Source: the human T2T-CHM13v2.0 reference genome, Homo sapiens. Taken from it: a stretch of 64,000 nucleotides of DNA. Shown here in pieces: positions 26,573 to 42,774 of the stretch; position 1 is the first letter of the stretch; each line of letters opens with the position of its first letter. The notes under the pieces were generated by a model that ran no database searches, was not told the origin of the DNA, and saw only the letters and a list, made by a program, of their open reading frames with translations. The stretch lies in the NCBI RefSeq assembly GCF_009914755.1, contig NC_060938.1; one strand, given 5' to 3'. The position numbers were made by a program, and so were the translations under genes.

Positions 26573-27269
26573 AATAAAAGGCCACTGGGGATAAAGATAC
26601 CATGAAGCCATCTCAGTCAACCAATTCCCATCCATGGCCATAACCAATTTTATACCCAACGTATTATGAGAGGGTTGAAGTGGTTGAAGAGAAAAGGGTG
26701 TTAGTGAAACTGCTCCAAATGTTAGATTTTATTCTTTGTCTTTTTCACTGATCACTCTAATCATGTGACCTTTTTAAAACCTCTGTTTGAGAAGAGGAAG
26801 CCATAAGCATCTGAACATGCTTGAGAAGAGTGGTTTTGATGCCTTGCTTAGCTTTGGTAAGGCATAGGTCCTGACTTCAAGACAAAAAGCATGATCTTGG
26901 GAATACAGCCACCCTTAGGTCTCTCTGACAATGAGATTTTATAATAAGATTTAGGACCCTATTCTCTGGCATTGCCTTATGTTCTATAAAATGTGACCTA
27001 GAGTATTCGCGTCTCAGTGGATTCACTTGACATTTTTAAGTGATCATTGCTTTCTTATTTTAAAGCTAAATATAAGTGAATTTGGCTTCCTCCAGTTAAA
27101 ATGAATAGATCTTATGTTGTCTGTAAATGACTCTCTTCAGAAAAGCCAAGGGGACTCAACACTGTAAATTTAGAAATACTCTGAAAGCTATGGAAGTAGC
27201 TTTGCTGAAGGGTCCAAGACATATATTCAGCTAAGTAAATAGGCTATCCTTATTATCAGGAATACCCTC

Positions 27270-27900
27270 TGTATTAGTTAGGGTTCTCCAGAGAGGTATC
27301 ATATATATCATATATAGGATATATGCATCTTATATATAATATATAAAATATATATTATTTAGATATATACATCTTATATATAATATATTATATAAAATAT
27401 ATATTATTTATATACATATGTATAAAAATAGGAATTGGCTCACATGATTATGGAGGCCAAGAAACTCCACAGTCCGCTGTCTGTATGCTGGAGAATAAAA
27501 CAGTTGGATTCTAAAGCCCTGGGAATGGGGGTGGCAGGGGCAGAAGTGGCATGATAGTGTAAGTTCTGCTCTGATTCGAAAAGCCCAAGAACCAGGAGCA
27601 CAAGTGTCCAATGTCTGAGGGCTAGAGAATATGGCTATCTCACCTCAAGCAAAGAAAGCGAATTCCTCCTTCCTCTGCCTTTTTCTTCTATTCAGAATAG
27701 GACCACAACAGATTGGATGATGCCTACTCACACTGGGGACCATCTGCTTTATTCTCTTCACCAGTTAAAATGCTAATCTCATTTGTAAATACCCTCAAAG
27801 ACATACCTGGAAATAATATTTCATTATTATTATATATAATGACCAGGTATCTGGGCATCCCTTACCTCAGTCATTTTGACACATAAAATTAACCATCACA
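27270..27900 (-). mobile_element. MLT2 (ERVL) solo LTR with an internal AT-rich microsatellite
   Basis: tgtattagttagggttctccagaga...ggaattggctcacatgattatggaggc...tgacacataaaattaaccatcaca. Confidence 0.88.
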
Positions 27901-28252
27901 TTCTCCTGAAGACTCTCAACTCTTTAATTTTTATATTTTAGCAGTCGAGACTATAGATTGCTCAGGTAGGCAGTAAGAGTCTTTCATAATCCATTTGCAT
28001 TTTCAAAAATTTCCCTGTAGGGTTTCTATAGACTTATTTATATGAGACTTATATAAATACACACACATATACATAAATCTATGTATATTCATCTTTTTTC
28101 TGTACTTTTTTCCTTCCACCCAACTACTGTTCACTCATTTTTTTCCTATAAAACAATGTAAATTTTAAAATGTGAAAGTAGAAAGATTAGGCACTTACCA
28201 GGGGTAGAAAATTAAACTAAAGTTGGAAGATCTCTTTAGACAGTTCATGGCA

Positions 28253-28618
28253 TGTATTATTCTGTTCTCATGCTGCTAATAAAAATATACCCAAGACTGA
28301 GTAATTTATAAAGAAAAAGAGACTTAATGTACTCATAGTTCCATGTGGCTGGGCAGGCCTCACAATCATGGCAGAAGGCAAACGAGGAGCAAAGTCACGT
28401 CTTACATGGAGGCAGGCAAGAGAGAACTTGTGTAGGGGAACTCCCCTTTATAAACCCATCAGATCTCATGAGACTTATTCACTATCGTGAGAACAGCATG
28501 GGAAAGACCTACCCCCATGATTCAATTACCTCCCACCGGGCCCCTCCCACAACATGTGGGAATTAAGGGAGCTACAATTCAAGATGAGATTTGGGTGGGG
28601 ACACAGCCAACAATATCA
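28253..28618 (-). mobile_element. THE1 (MaLR) solo LTR
   Basis: tgtatta..tctcatgctgctaataaa...cacaatcatggcagaagg...gatgagatttgggtggggacacagccaa..atatca. Confidence 0.92.
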
Positions 28619-31054
28619 GCAACTCTTATAATGCTCCTTCCCATGGAAGCTGTGGTTTGTTGGGACAGGCAAACCCTTTGGTTAACACGGAATTCTACTA
28701 TGATAACTTCACATTTAGGTTACACCGATAGAGTCTAAGCCCTTTGACTTAAGCCCTTCACTCCTTGTGATTAAAGTTAGTGAATGTTGATAGATCAGCC
28801 TCACCTGGTCCCCACTCCTGGGTCACCAGCCTTGGCCCTCTAAAGGAATGGACATTGAGAAGACAAACTTGATATGGCCTCCAGGCCTGTCACTTCTCCT
28901 TTTCTCCCTTACCCTCTGCCTGCTGCACCCTACATTTCTCCACCCACTTCTTGTCTGGCTAGAACCAGGTGGTGCTGCTTTAGCACTATTTATGAATTTC
29001 AAATTGGGGTGTTTGAGACATAGGTTTGGTTAAGTCTTATTTGGGCAATAACAGAGGGAAAGTGCATTCTGATACTAGTGTTGTGAGCTTTAGGAAGAAA
29101 GTCTATTTCAAGGACCTACAAACAATAAAAAATACTCTATCAACTTTGGTTTTCTAGGCCATGAAGAGGAATTGACTAAATCAGTGTACACGTGCTGTAA
29201 GGGTGGATTAGAGCAGTAACAGGCATAAAATGGTTGTATCAGACAATTCTTAATGAGAAGAACAATCCCACCATCAAGAAAAATGATAGGAAATTTTGGC
29301 AGCCATCAGAATTATCTGATAAATAAAATGATAAGGGAATGAGATGCAATTTCATGTTTTCCAGCAAACCAAAAGCAGGGCTGGAAATTAGAAACCAAAG
29401 TACTAACACCATTGACATCTTATTCAGTCTTTCCAGACACATTTCTGTTGTCTTGTCACTTTCTGTAGTATACAAAGAAAGTCACCATCTTTTCTCAAAG
29501 GGATATGTGACTATTTTCGTGAGAGTTATTCACATATCAAGAGCAAAAATAACTTATACCATTCCTATACAGGAACTTCCTAAGGCCTTTGGATGTTTTA
29601 AGATATTAATAATTAATAATGACAATGATAAAAAAAGACTTCATAAATATGTAATTAAACAAATTTGTGCTGTCTTAGAATGTCTGGAATTTTATGTTGG
29701 TTTGGAAGAGTGTTTTATGAAAAATTATGATTATTAAGTCCCCAGAATTGTCTGTCATGCTTATAAACGTAACATTTGATACAGATTTCTGTTCATAAAA
29801 TTGGACAAAATGAGATCTTCCTGTTTAACTGAATTGAAATGGTATTTGAAAGTTTTCCTTGTAAAAAACAAAAACAAATCCTTACATCAAGACGTCATCT
29901 TTTCCCAGTTGTAGGTCAGAAATACCTTAAGTTACTCTTATTAATCCAATGACACCACACATGCACATTCCCCACTCTGGCTTACACACATCCGTGAGAG
30001 GTTAGGTGAGTGGGCTGCACAATTAGCAAGCTTGGGTTTGAGACCTCACCCTCTCACTTGCCACCTATGGATTTTGGGGAAAATTATGCAACTTTTCTGT
30101 GTCTCAGTTTACTTTTCTGAAGTCTTTGCCTTTTGATTCAATCAACATTTTAAAAATTACTTAAATTTGAAATTATGGAGATCTCCTATGAGAAAATAAT
30201 TTGTTTCTCTGATTCTTTACTACTTTTAATTATATTTGCTTCATCATGTGCTTATGAAGATTAATTGAATTAATATCTTAAAAGCATTTAGTATAGTGTC
30301 TGGCTCATAATAAGCACTAGGTAAGCTGTGTCTATTGTTATATCCTCTTTCTGATTTGTACAAGATTATTTTATATCAATAGATGTTTAGTGGGAAGCAC
30401 TGTTGAAGCTTTTGGTTTTTCTCCCCCAAGACATGTTTTTCTAATTTCTTTGACACACTGCTATGTGAAATGCATACATTAAATACATTGACATAAAATA
30501 GGCTCTGTTTAGGAAAGGATGTACTTAAACAGGTTGAAGTAAGAATAGGAGCTCACAAAATGATCATCTAGAAATTGTTCTAGAGTCTAGCCCAGACTCT
30601 CATTCATTCAATAGTTATTACATACTGTACTTGGGCTTGGGAATACCAAAGAGTTCTTGTCAGCATCTGGTGAGTCTGAAATCAAAGGACACACGGCCAA
30701 TTAAATACCACCACCCCACCCACCCTAAGAAAAAAATGTAAATAAAAACAGTTTCAAGTAAGAGATTACTTATGTGAGCTCTTATTGGTAAATTCTAGGG
30801 ATAAATTTTTACAAGAACCATTTTGCTTTAAATTCTAAATGAATGGCTTTATTTCTTTATTTTTTCTTTGTTATTTAGTTCTTTCTTTTATTCAATAATA
30901 TTTTGAATATTTTGAATAGAACCCTCACGCTATACCAAATACAATATCAGAAATTAGAGATGTAAAGGTGACCAAGACAGACAAGGCTTCTGCCCTTGAG
31001 AGGCTTACGGTCCAGTAGGATTTGAAAGACAGTGAGGAACTTAATAGTTCTGAC

Positions 31055-32995
<1,941 letters not shown>

Positions 32996-33234
32996 AATTA
33001 CAGTCCACGTAATTGTTATTAGTTAAGTAAATAGGAAGACATGATGAAGAGTAAAAGTTCTGCTAATGGGGGCTTCCTTAAGTAGGATAGTTTGGAGAAA
33101 GCTCATTTTGAGCTGAAACTCAAAGAATAAAAATGAAACAGTCATTTGAATCTGGAGAAAGCACAGTTAAGGCCAAGGGTCCAGCAGGAAGCGCAAAGGA
33201 ACTCGAAGATAGGGGTGGGCATGAAGTATTAAGG

Positions 33235-33410
33235 CAGTGGTCCAGGAATATGAGCAGGCATCTGAACCACCTGGAGGGCTTGTTACAACTCAGATTCCTC
33301 AATTCTGCCCCCAGTCAGTAGGTCTGGGTACAGCCTTAAAGTGTTTTTCTCATAAGCTTCCAGGAGATGCAGATGCTGCTGGTTTAGGAGCAACACTCTG
33401 GGAATCATTG
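33235..33410. mobile_element. MER5A-like hAT MITE
   Basis: cacctggagggcttgtt...cagtaggtctggg...caggagatgcagatgctgctggt. Confidence 0.7.
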
Positions 33411-35361
33411 TGTTAGGAACTAAAAACAGGAGAGGGCTGTAGCACTGTGAGCTAGGGACATATGGTAAGAAATGAGACTGGAGAAGGAGGCAGGGGCTCC
33501 TAGGAGCTCAATCTTGAAAGGAGGTTCAAGGTTAGTTCCAGATTGTTGAGAAGTTGAAAGTTCTATTAAGTCCTTAGTGACAATACTGTTGTTCTTGGAT
33601 GCTTACAATGTAGTCAGTCTTCCGGTACTATCTGATTCTACATGGCCTTTGCCCCTTAATGCAAGTGAAGCAAATTCAGTGGAATTGATAAATAACCTAT
33701 AATCCCCGCCCTGTATTTGGTCCCTGATGAACTTCTGACAAATGGAAAAGATTGCATACTTTGCAGAGTGCAGACATGCTCCTACACTCAGGTTTTGGAA
33801 GCATGATATAGCAAATCAAGGGTGGTTACAATTCAGATCACCCTAACATTTACTGGAACACTTTCTGCATCTTCACAATAGACTTAGTGCCACAAGGACC
33901 TAACCAGAGAATATTACCTGATTTCTAATAGCAAGCAGCTTTCAAACTTTTGATGATAAAATAGTAAAAACATAAAGCAATTAGAGGATTATATGAGGAG
34001 AAGACAGTGCAATGCGTAATAAAGTGCTAAACTGAATATTATATGCAAAAATTAATGACGCAGATAATAATTGCTATGGCCACAACAAAGCGGGAGAATT
34101 ATTGTTTGAAGTTATTGACTAATGTTTCATTTGAAGAAGGCATTCAGGCTGGTCCTTAGAAAAATGGTTAAAATTTGGCAGTTAGAGGGAAGGCGAAAGA
34201 TATGGAAAAGGCTTCGTCTTTAGATTCAATCAACATTCAAAGAATTATTGTGTTTTCCCAGAGTTTTTGCTGTTTTACTGCCTTTTACAGTAAAACTTTC
34301 CATAAACCTTCCATGTGTTTCTGATTATTGAGTACAATTGAATTACTAGCCAATTGTATGGTGAGAGCTGTTTGGCCAGGGAGCCCCTGTGGACTTCTCA
34401 GAAGCTTTTATCCTTTGAAAGAAGCTGTCCTGATTTACCATTGTTAATGAAACTTGTATAACACAATGCTTGAGTTTAAGACCCACTGAGAACATGACCA
34501 CATACCTCCTTTCATCTCTACATGGGGGAACCACATGGCCAATAGGAGCTGCAGAAAGCCAGCAGCAGTACTGTAACCCCAGTGTTAGTAATTGTTTTGA
34601 ACTTTCTTATGTCATATCCTCATAGCATTGTCTTATGAGTGATGGCCTGTCCTGCTTCCACCCTTCATGAATAAATACAAAATGCCTTGCCACCCAGAAG
34701 ACGAACCCTTTGTAGTCGTGCATCTCTTTTGAACATGCGTCTTTAGGACCCTGTGTTCTTTCATTTCAGTATTCTTGCTTTTGTGAGGCTTACGTTAGAA
34801 ACTGTGAAATATGCTGTTATTGCAATGGTAATATGTTTTACCCTGTCAAGTGCTTTTATGCATTAGTTCCTGACTAATACATTTGGTGAGTCAAAGGGCT
34901 CATCTCGTTTGCTGAGATTCTCTGGGAAATTCATGGAGTTATACTGAATATTAAGATATTTCCTGTGAGCTCAGATAATCCTAAATGTATAGATTTATCT
35001 TTAATCCCAAAGTTAAGGCAGAAAATGTCAGTAAAAGAGAGAGAATGGTTGAAGAGAAGTGCCAGGCGGACCGAAAGAGTTTAATGGCAATCTGTAAGAG
35101 AGAGATCATCAAAAAAATTTTAATGCCCCCACATGTCAGTAAAAGATTTGGAGAATGCCTTCAAAATAGGTAAATTTACTTGTAAGTTATATACATGTAC
35201 TATTATTCTTATATATTAACATATGAAAGACACACAGAAATAGAAATAATTTAGAATTAATTAAAAGAAACACAATTTCTAATATTTTCTTTCTATAGCA
35301 CAAATGATTCTCTTTTGCATGCTCCAGCGCATGCACACTCCATTTAAGAGAATCCATTTTT

Positions 35362-35882
<521 letters not shown>

Positions 35883-35884
35883 GT

Positions 35885-36130
35885 ATAGTCCACAGCATGC
35901 GTTTTAGAGTTACTTTACCTAAGTTGGACATCAGCATCCTTCAATTACCAAATGTGTGACCTTGAGTAAATTACTGTGTCTTCCCGAGCTCAGTTTCTTA
36001 AAATCTGTAAAGTGGAGGTAATCATAATTACTTACCTCTTAGAGTACCTGGAGAGCTCAGCAAGATAATGTAAATACATTGTTTAGTACCCAGTACTCGC
36101 CCCCTAAAAAACATCAATACATGTTGGCTG
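35885..36130. mobile_element. MIR
   Basis: tgtgtgaccttgagtaaattac...ctcagtttc..atctgtaaagtggaggtaat. Confidence 0.7.
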
Positions 36131-36642
36131 CTAAATCCTCCTTCTTCTCCTTCTCTTCCTTCTCTTCATCATTATCAATATCATTAAACATCTTTTTTTA
36201 TGTCACGAAGTAGATATAGGGACTGTTGGTTTCAGGATTAAAAAAACACTGTGCCTTAATTTATAAGAATCATGGGAATGATTTTTTTTTTCTGAGTTAG
36301 CATTCTACATTAAAAAAAGCTATAATCCAAATGAGATATCTTTCTAGTTGAAAGGTAGAGATGAAGCTATTTTGCAAAGTCAACCCGAAGGAGAACAGTG
36401 TGTTCAGCCCTCTCCCTTCTGTGTATAACTGTTGATAGTTTGTGGCTAAGTGTGTATTTCCGTCATCTTTTGTATATACTGAGTTCTTGTTGCATGAGAT
36501 TGAGTTGACAATTTTGGTGGTGTGTCTTCAAATGTTTGGGGGCATGAGAATGGTAAATTCAGGTGATTTCCTTGAATCTAATTTTTAACATTTCTTCTCT
36601 CTCTCCTTTTTCTTTTTTTCCCCTCTTCTTGTGCATTACTAG

Positions 36643-36762
36643 GACCCAGTACCACCTGCCAGGAAGATTCATGTGCCAACCAGGGGGTCTGCATGCAACA
36701 ATGGGAGGGCTTCACCTGTGATTGTTCTATGACCTCTTATTCTGGAAACCAGTGCAATGATC
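36643..36762 (+). CDS. NRXN3: NRXN3 alpha coding exon, EGF3 (last alpha-specific exon before the LNS6 shared with beta-neurexin)
   Basis: Long polypyrimidine tract plus ttactAG acceptor, C|gtaagt donor. 120 nt, phase 1/1. [40 protein letters not shown](P), six-Cys EGF pattern. Confidence 0.98.
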
Positions 36763-37370
36763 GTAAGTACAACAACCTTTCATACTGGAACTTTGTGAAG
36801 ATGTTTGGAGATTTGGAGAATCTTAAAGGACAATATGTAAAAGGATGGCTCTTCTGAAAGATTCATAAGTAATTCTCTCCTCCAGAAACTTGGGAAATAA
36901 ATGACTAGTGCTCTTATGAGAAGAGTGAAGAGATGTGTCTTGCTTAACAACACTAAATATTCTCCCACTTGCTCACTCCCTGTGTTTTTTCTTTAGATTA
37001 GAATAGCGACTGAGAAACAATAACCACAGCAGCAAACCATTTCAGGCAATATTTTTGTTGTAAGGGCTTCAGTTCTTCATGAATTAAATCACCTTATCTT
37101 ATTGAATTTAACTCCAAATTGGTTAATAATTTTGAGACTCTCCCCTTTTGCATTGCCTAGAATTTTGAGGCTATTTAAAGGGTATAGCTGTTTTCTCAAA
37201 AAGTTTGAGTTCTCTGAATTTCTTAGGCCTTACAAATGACAAAGACATTCAAGAGTTTATTTTTTACAATTAGCAAAGCTTAAAGCGTTCTTGGGTATCT
37301 TTCAGATATAGGGTAGAAATTCTCTCTGACTAAATTTATTGGTATCTGGTTTATATACACATAGCTATTC

Positions 37371-37426
37371 TGTATGTATGTGTGTATATATATGTGTGTG
37401 TGTGTGTATATATATGTATGTATGTA
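37371..37426. repeat. TG/TA compound microsatellite
   Basis: tgtatgtatgtgtgtatatatatgtgtgtgtgtgtgtatatatatgtatgtatgta. Confidence 0.85.
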
Positions 37427-38945
37427 TTTTCTATTTTGTGAGTATATTTTATATGTATATATTATGTATTTGGTTTTTATTGGAAGAGAGTCTTGTGATT
37501 GTTAATTGTGTCCACTAGTGATGCTTCTGGCTCGTGGGTTTAGTTCTGACTTCATGAAGGTGCTTCTAGCACTGATGGTGGAGACACCTCAATGCTGTGG
37601 GCATCTATAACCTGTGTCTCCACTTCTTTCTCATGTTATTTTCTTGATGTGACCATAGTAAAGATGAGCACACACTTGAAATTTCTGAATAACCGTGGCA
37701 AAGAGATTTGTTGAAAATCCCTGACTCTGTGGGTCCTGCTAACCTTCTGACTTTCTAAATGCAGCCTTTGTTTTATAATCCAGACTCATTTGACCTCTTG
37801 GTTTTAGAAAAATGATGCATGATGTTATCTGAGAAAATAGTAAAGTCACATTATGGTGTGACCACATGGGAGCAGACACCAATTACAATGCTATGCCCCC
37901 CAGATCTATGTGGTTTTTTTGATTCTTTATTTCTCAGCTTTTTATCTGTGTGCAGCTGTCTGTTGTTGTTCTTTTTCCCGTTTTTTCTCAGTAGTTTTGG
38001 TCCCATATGCTCTTTCATTCTCTTAAGGTACACTGAGGAGAAACAAGTGGAGAAGTTGGCAATATAGAGAGAAAATTATGTAATACGCATTCATCTAATT
38101 ACATAAGCATATGTCTCTGTATCTGTCATGTGAAGGATACGATGTCTGGAGAAAGTTTTGGTATAAGACTGCTCTTACCAAGTCTTTTGGTATTATTGAA
38201 AGTCATGTTGCCATATTTATGATGTGGAAATACTGTTTCACTCTGAAACAGGTAGTTATAAACCCAGCCAGCCAGAGAACCTGAGGAATTATACTATATG
38301 CTCTTTCTTTTTCCTCCAATTTGTCAGTATAGCACTCACTAGGAAGGCTTTTTTCTCTAAATGGTGGCATAATGCTTCTTTATCCTCACAAGTTTATTTC
38401 TTGTCGCATATACGTCCCTTTCTGGGTAGAAAATGGTCAGGAAGAGACTCTCCACACAGAACAGGTATAAAGGTAAGTTATCGTAACGTGGTGAGCACGC
38501 ACAATTTTCAGAAGGTAGGTATGTCTTTTTCTGTCTTTGACAAGTTCCTGTCTGTCACCCAATGCCAGGCATTATTTTCTGGTAAAAATCAGGAAGGATT
38601 CTTTCTAGCATTCTGTGACTGTTTCTGGTTTTATCAAGAGCAGATTGTGTCTCATTCTGGGATGTGGAGTATCACACTGTCTGACTTGGGGAATTTGTTG
38701 GGATATAATGAAGCACTAGAACTTACATTGGGAAAATGTCAGCTTTCCTTTGTGGCAACAGCTTATCACAGTTCAAAAACATTTCTAGTAAATCTAGGTT
38801 TAGGGCAATACATTTTGAATTTTATTCTGTAACAATGCAGCTAAATCTTTTCATTATAGCAGACTTGGGAAACTGCCTCTCTAACAGGAGCTACTTGCCT
38901 AGTCCCCCACCTGGAGATTGGACCACGGCTTCTGTGATTGGATAG

Positions 38946-39270
<325 letters not shown>

Positions 39271-42200
39271 GAAGTACACATCTTAGTTGTGGAGTGTGAT
39301 AAGTATATAGAATTGAGACATATAGGATGTGACTGTGAAGTTTGAATATAAACTTTTAATGAAATCCAACCAAATATAGCAGAATGGTAGATTGTTTAAA
39401 ATTATTACATTGGACGTTTCTGTTTCCAATAATTGGTATTCAAGTTATCTGGAAGACCTTCTGTTTTGGAACTAGCAGCAAAGCCAGTTTGTTCTACCTA
39501 GAAAAAGCAGTCTCACTATATCATAGACCATTATTTTCTATAGCAGCCTTGACCCTTAGAGTTATAATTGGCTATTTCATCTCACAAACATCTTCAAAAT
39601 GAAGTTACCTGCATGATATTCTATATGCTTACCTTTGTTGATAAATTTTTGGTGGCGTAGCCTGTATCAGGACTCAAGTGTTAACCTTCATCATCACCGG
39701 CAGACTTGAATAGGCTCATGCTTATCATCAGCAAAAAGTGGTGGGGGAAATTGCAAAGAAAGATAAGCTCATGGAGGAGGAAGAATAATGATGAAAAGGA
39801 ATATAGAGAAAATCAGAAAGTGGGTCTTATATGGAAGAGCACAGAGGTCATCAGCAATTGCTTTGGTAACATGCCTGCCACAAGTGGCCTGCCTTTGACC
39901 TAAATAACAGAAATGGGTCACAGCATTAAAAGTCGAGTGCCATCAAGGAAACCTGGCTTTTACCTAATTAATTCCTGCAAAGAGAGTGTTCTATAGAATG
40001 TTGCATATAGCTCAAACAAATTGTATCCATTTAAATGCTATCATAGGACCATGCAAATAGGTTAGAGATGAAATTTAATTGTAAAAAGCATTTTGTGGGG
40101 GAAAAATGGTTATGGATATCTCATTTTCCAGAAGCTGTTTCTCAGGGCAACAGATTGATCCTCAATTAATGAACATGAAAACACTTCAGTTTATTACTAC
40201 ATATCCAAAAACTGAAACTTACTCAACAGGGAAATAGCTAGGTCTTATATTTTCCAAAATAAGGTACTAAATCCATCATGTGTAAAAAAGTTAATCATAT
40301 GTAGGCATGACTTGTAAGGCTCTAAAAATGTCTGCATTTTAGGGTATTCCTTTTTCCTAGCATTGGTTCTTTTATGACCTTTGTGTTTTTCTTGCCTGTT
40401 TACCAAATATGATTGCCTGACAATGTTAATGTGCTGTTACATAGATGTTGCCTCTATGAGTACAGCGTACATTTTAAAACTTAGTCTCATTTAGTGTGAG
40501 TTGGCCAAGCCTGGATGTTTTCACTTTATTTCTTTATTCTTTGTGTGACCCTGGTGGGTTGATGGAGGCAGTGGGATGAATTTCAGTTTCACTCTTATAA
40601 ACATAGCTGTGCAAAGCTGATATTCTTTAGAGCTGATTGTCTTGTATAAGAGTGACTCCCTTGTATGGGGTTAGGAAACAAAAATCCTCTGATTGGAAAT
40701 CCAAGTGTAATTGATTTGCTAATTGTCTTACATAGTTTTAGATATGACCTTCCACAATGTTATGTAATGGTAAAGTCATGGGGAGTTTCTTTTGGGTTGA
40801 CTTTTAGGGCTGTTTTGATTCTGCAATCTAATCATCCCAGAAGAAATGTTGAGTTAATGTAGAAGTCAGTATGATCTGTGGAAGAAAACATAAGTAACAT
40901 TCTCCAAGATAATCTTCAGTTCTCGTGAAACATTTAAAATTGAGGGAGCTGGCTATTCAGAGGGTGAGCACCACCTGAAAATCAACTTAATGAAAGCTGT
41001 CTTGGGCTACATTTTAAGAACAACAAAAGAAATGGAACCTTACAAAGGTTCTTGATAGGCATATTCTTTTTTGATATTGGGTTCTTATTAGTATTTTAAA
41101 TCAGGACTGAGAACCTGGGAAATTCTAGCATGTTGTAGCCATGGCAGCACCAGGCAAATCCAGAATCTCCTTCCTGTATTTTGTGGTAATATTGTCACTG
41201 TCAGCCTGCTGTTGAGTTTTTCTTTCCTTCAAACATCGAAAAATGTTGTGTAGAATAGAACCCTCCTGCATGCACCCACACATGTGCAAAAGGGTTGTCA
41301 TTTTTATGGACTTTGTGAAAATAGCAGTTTTAAACATTTCATACCTATCCTTAACAACATTGTTGGCTTTTACCATGTACATGACAACTGTTTTGAGTGG
41401 CATACAATTTGGGGGTTTGGTTATTGCTTCTGGTGCCCTGGAGAAGCACATATAGGACAGTCTTTGGCACATGAGTCCTTAACACACATCAAGTTCCTGA
41501 CTTTATGAGGTGGGTGCTCATCATGGCTTTGTGGGGTGAAGTAAAGGGAATGAACGTGGGTCCTCAGCCCACCCTTAGGAGCTGGCCACCCTGTGCTACA
41601 TTGCTGGTCACACACTGCAGGATGCCTGTTGGAGAAATTCCTAGGTTCACACTGGCATGTGGTAATAGATGTTCTTTGCTTGCAACAAATCAATAGCAAG
41701 CAGCTGTGGATAGTGCAGATAGTGGAGTGTAAAGCGTCTTTTTCAGACAGTTTTCTGCAGGAGTGGCTATTAAGCTGCAGTGTTGGCTATTGATTGGCCT
41801 TTTGCTTTTTATTTATTGTGTGGGTTTATTTATTTTTTTAATGTAGGTTGGTGTATTGATTAAATCTGTTAAAAACACATTTCCCATTCAAGCTTCAGAA
41901 AATACAAGCAATGTATGCATTACTCAGTGTGCAAAGAAGGGGACAGATATGTGTATACTGATTCTGTCTCTTGGGTCCATATAGGTACATAGACATTATG
42001 TTAAAAACCTATGTTGTTATGAACCTATGTTGTTCCAGACCTATTGGTATAGCAGTAATTTTTAAGGATATCATAGTATAGTACATCCATGTTTTTGGTT
42101 ATGTGTTCATTCCCCGCCATTGTTTTCAGACTCTACCTGCCCAGCGAATAGGCCATATGTAAGAAGTTCACTTGTAAAACAATTGTTTGTTGCTTAGAAT

Positions 42201-42450
42201 GCACTTTATCATGTATTGATTCATTCACTCACCAAACATTTCTTATTTGCAGATATAATCATGAATAAGAGAGTTTTGTTCTCAAAGACCTTCTAGTCTA
42301 ATGGGGAAAGACACATATGAAGGTGCTTCAGTAGAAACATGAACAGTGTATAGCGAGGAGTCATAAGGTGGAGTAATGGCAGCTGTCCCCAGGGTTGAGA
42401 CTCTATGAAGAGCAGCTGCTTTTAGGATGGTTTTCATTGAAGATGAGCCT

Positions 42451-42455
<5 letters not shown>

Positions 42456-42489
<34 letters not shown>

Positions 42490-42774
42490 AGACAGAATCT
42501 CTCTCTGTTGCCCAGGCTGGATTGCAGTGGTGCGATCTCAGTTCACTGCAACCTCCGCCTCTTGGGTTCAAGTGATTCTCTTGCCTCAGTCTCCTGAGTA
42601 GCTGGGATTACAGGTGTGTGCCACACACCACGTCCAGCTAATTTTTGTATTTTTTTAGTAGAGACGGGGTTTCACCTTGTTGGCCAGGCTGGTCTCGAAT
42701 TCCTGACCTTGTGATCCGCCTGCCTCGGCCTCCCAAAGTGCTGGGATTACAGGTGTGAGCCACTGCGCCTGGCT
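42456..42774 (-). mobile_element. Alu (S family) with T33 tail
   Basis: Full dimer. TSD GCCTTGAAA at 42447-55 and 42775-83. Confidence 0.93.

Noticed and set aside
28248-28623. TSD around the THE1 LTR
   Set aside because: Flanks (TGGCA and GCAAC) do not form a clean 5-bp duplication, so none is claimed
38224-38832. 202-aa ORF, the longest in the track
   Set aside because: GTG start, Phe/Ser/Leu-rich low-information composition, no recognisable domain or splice context
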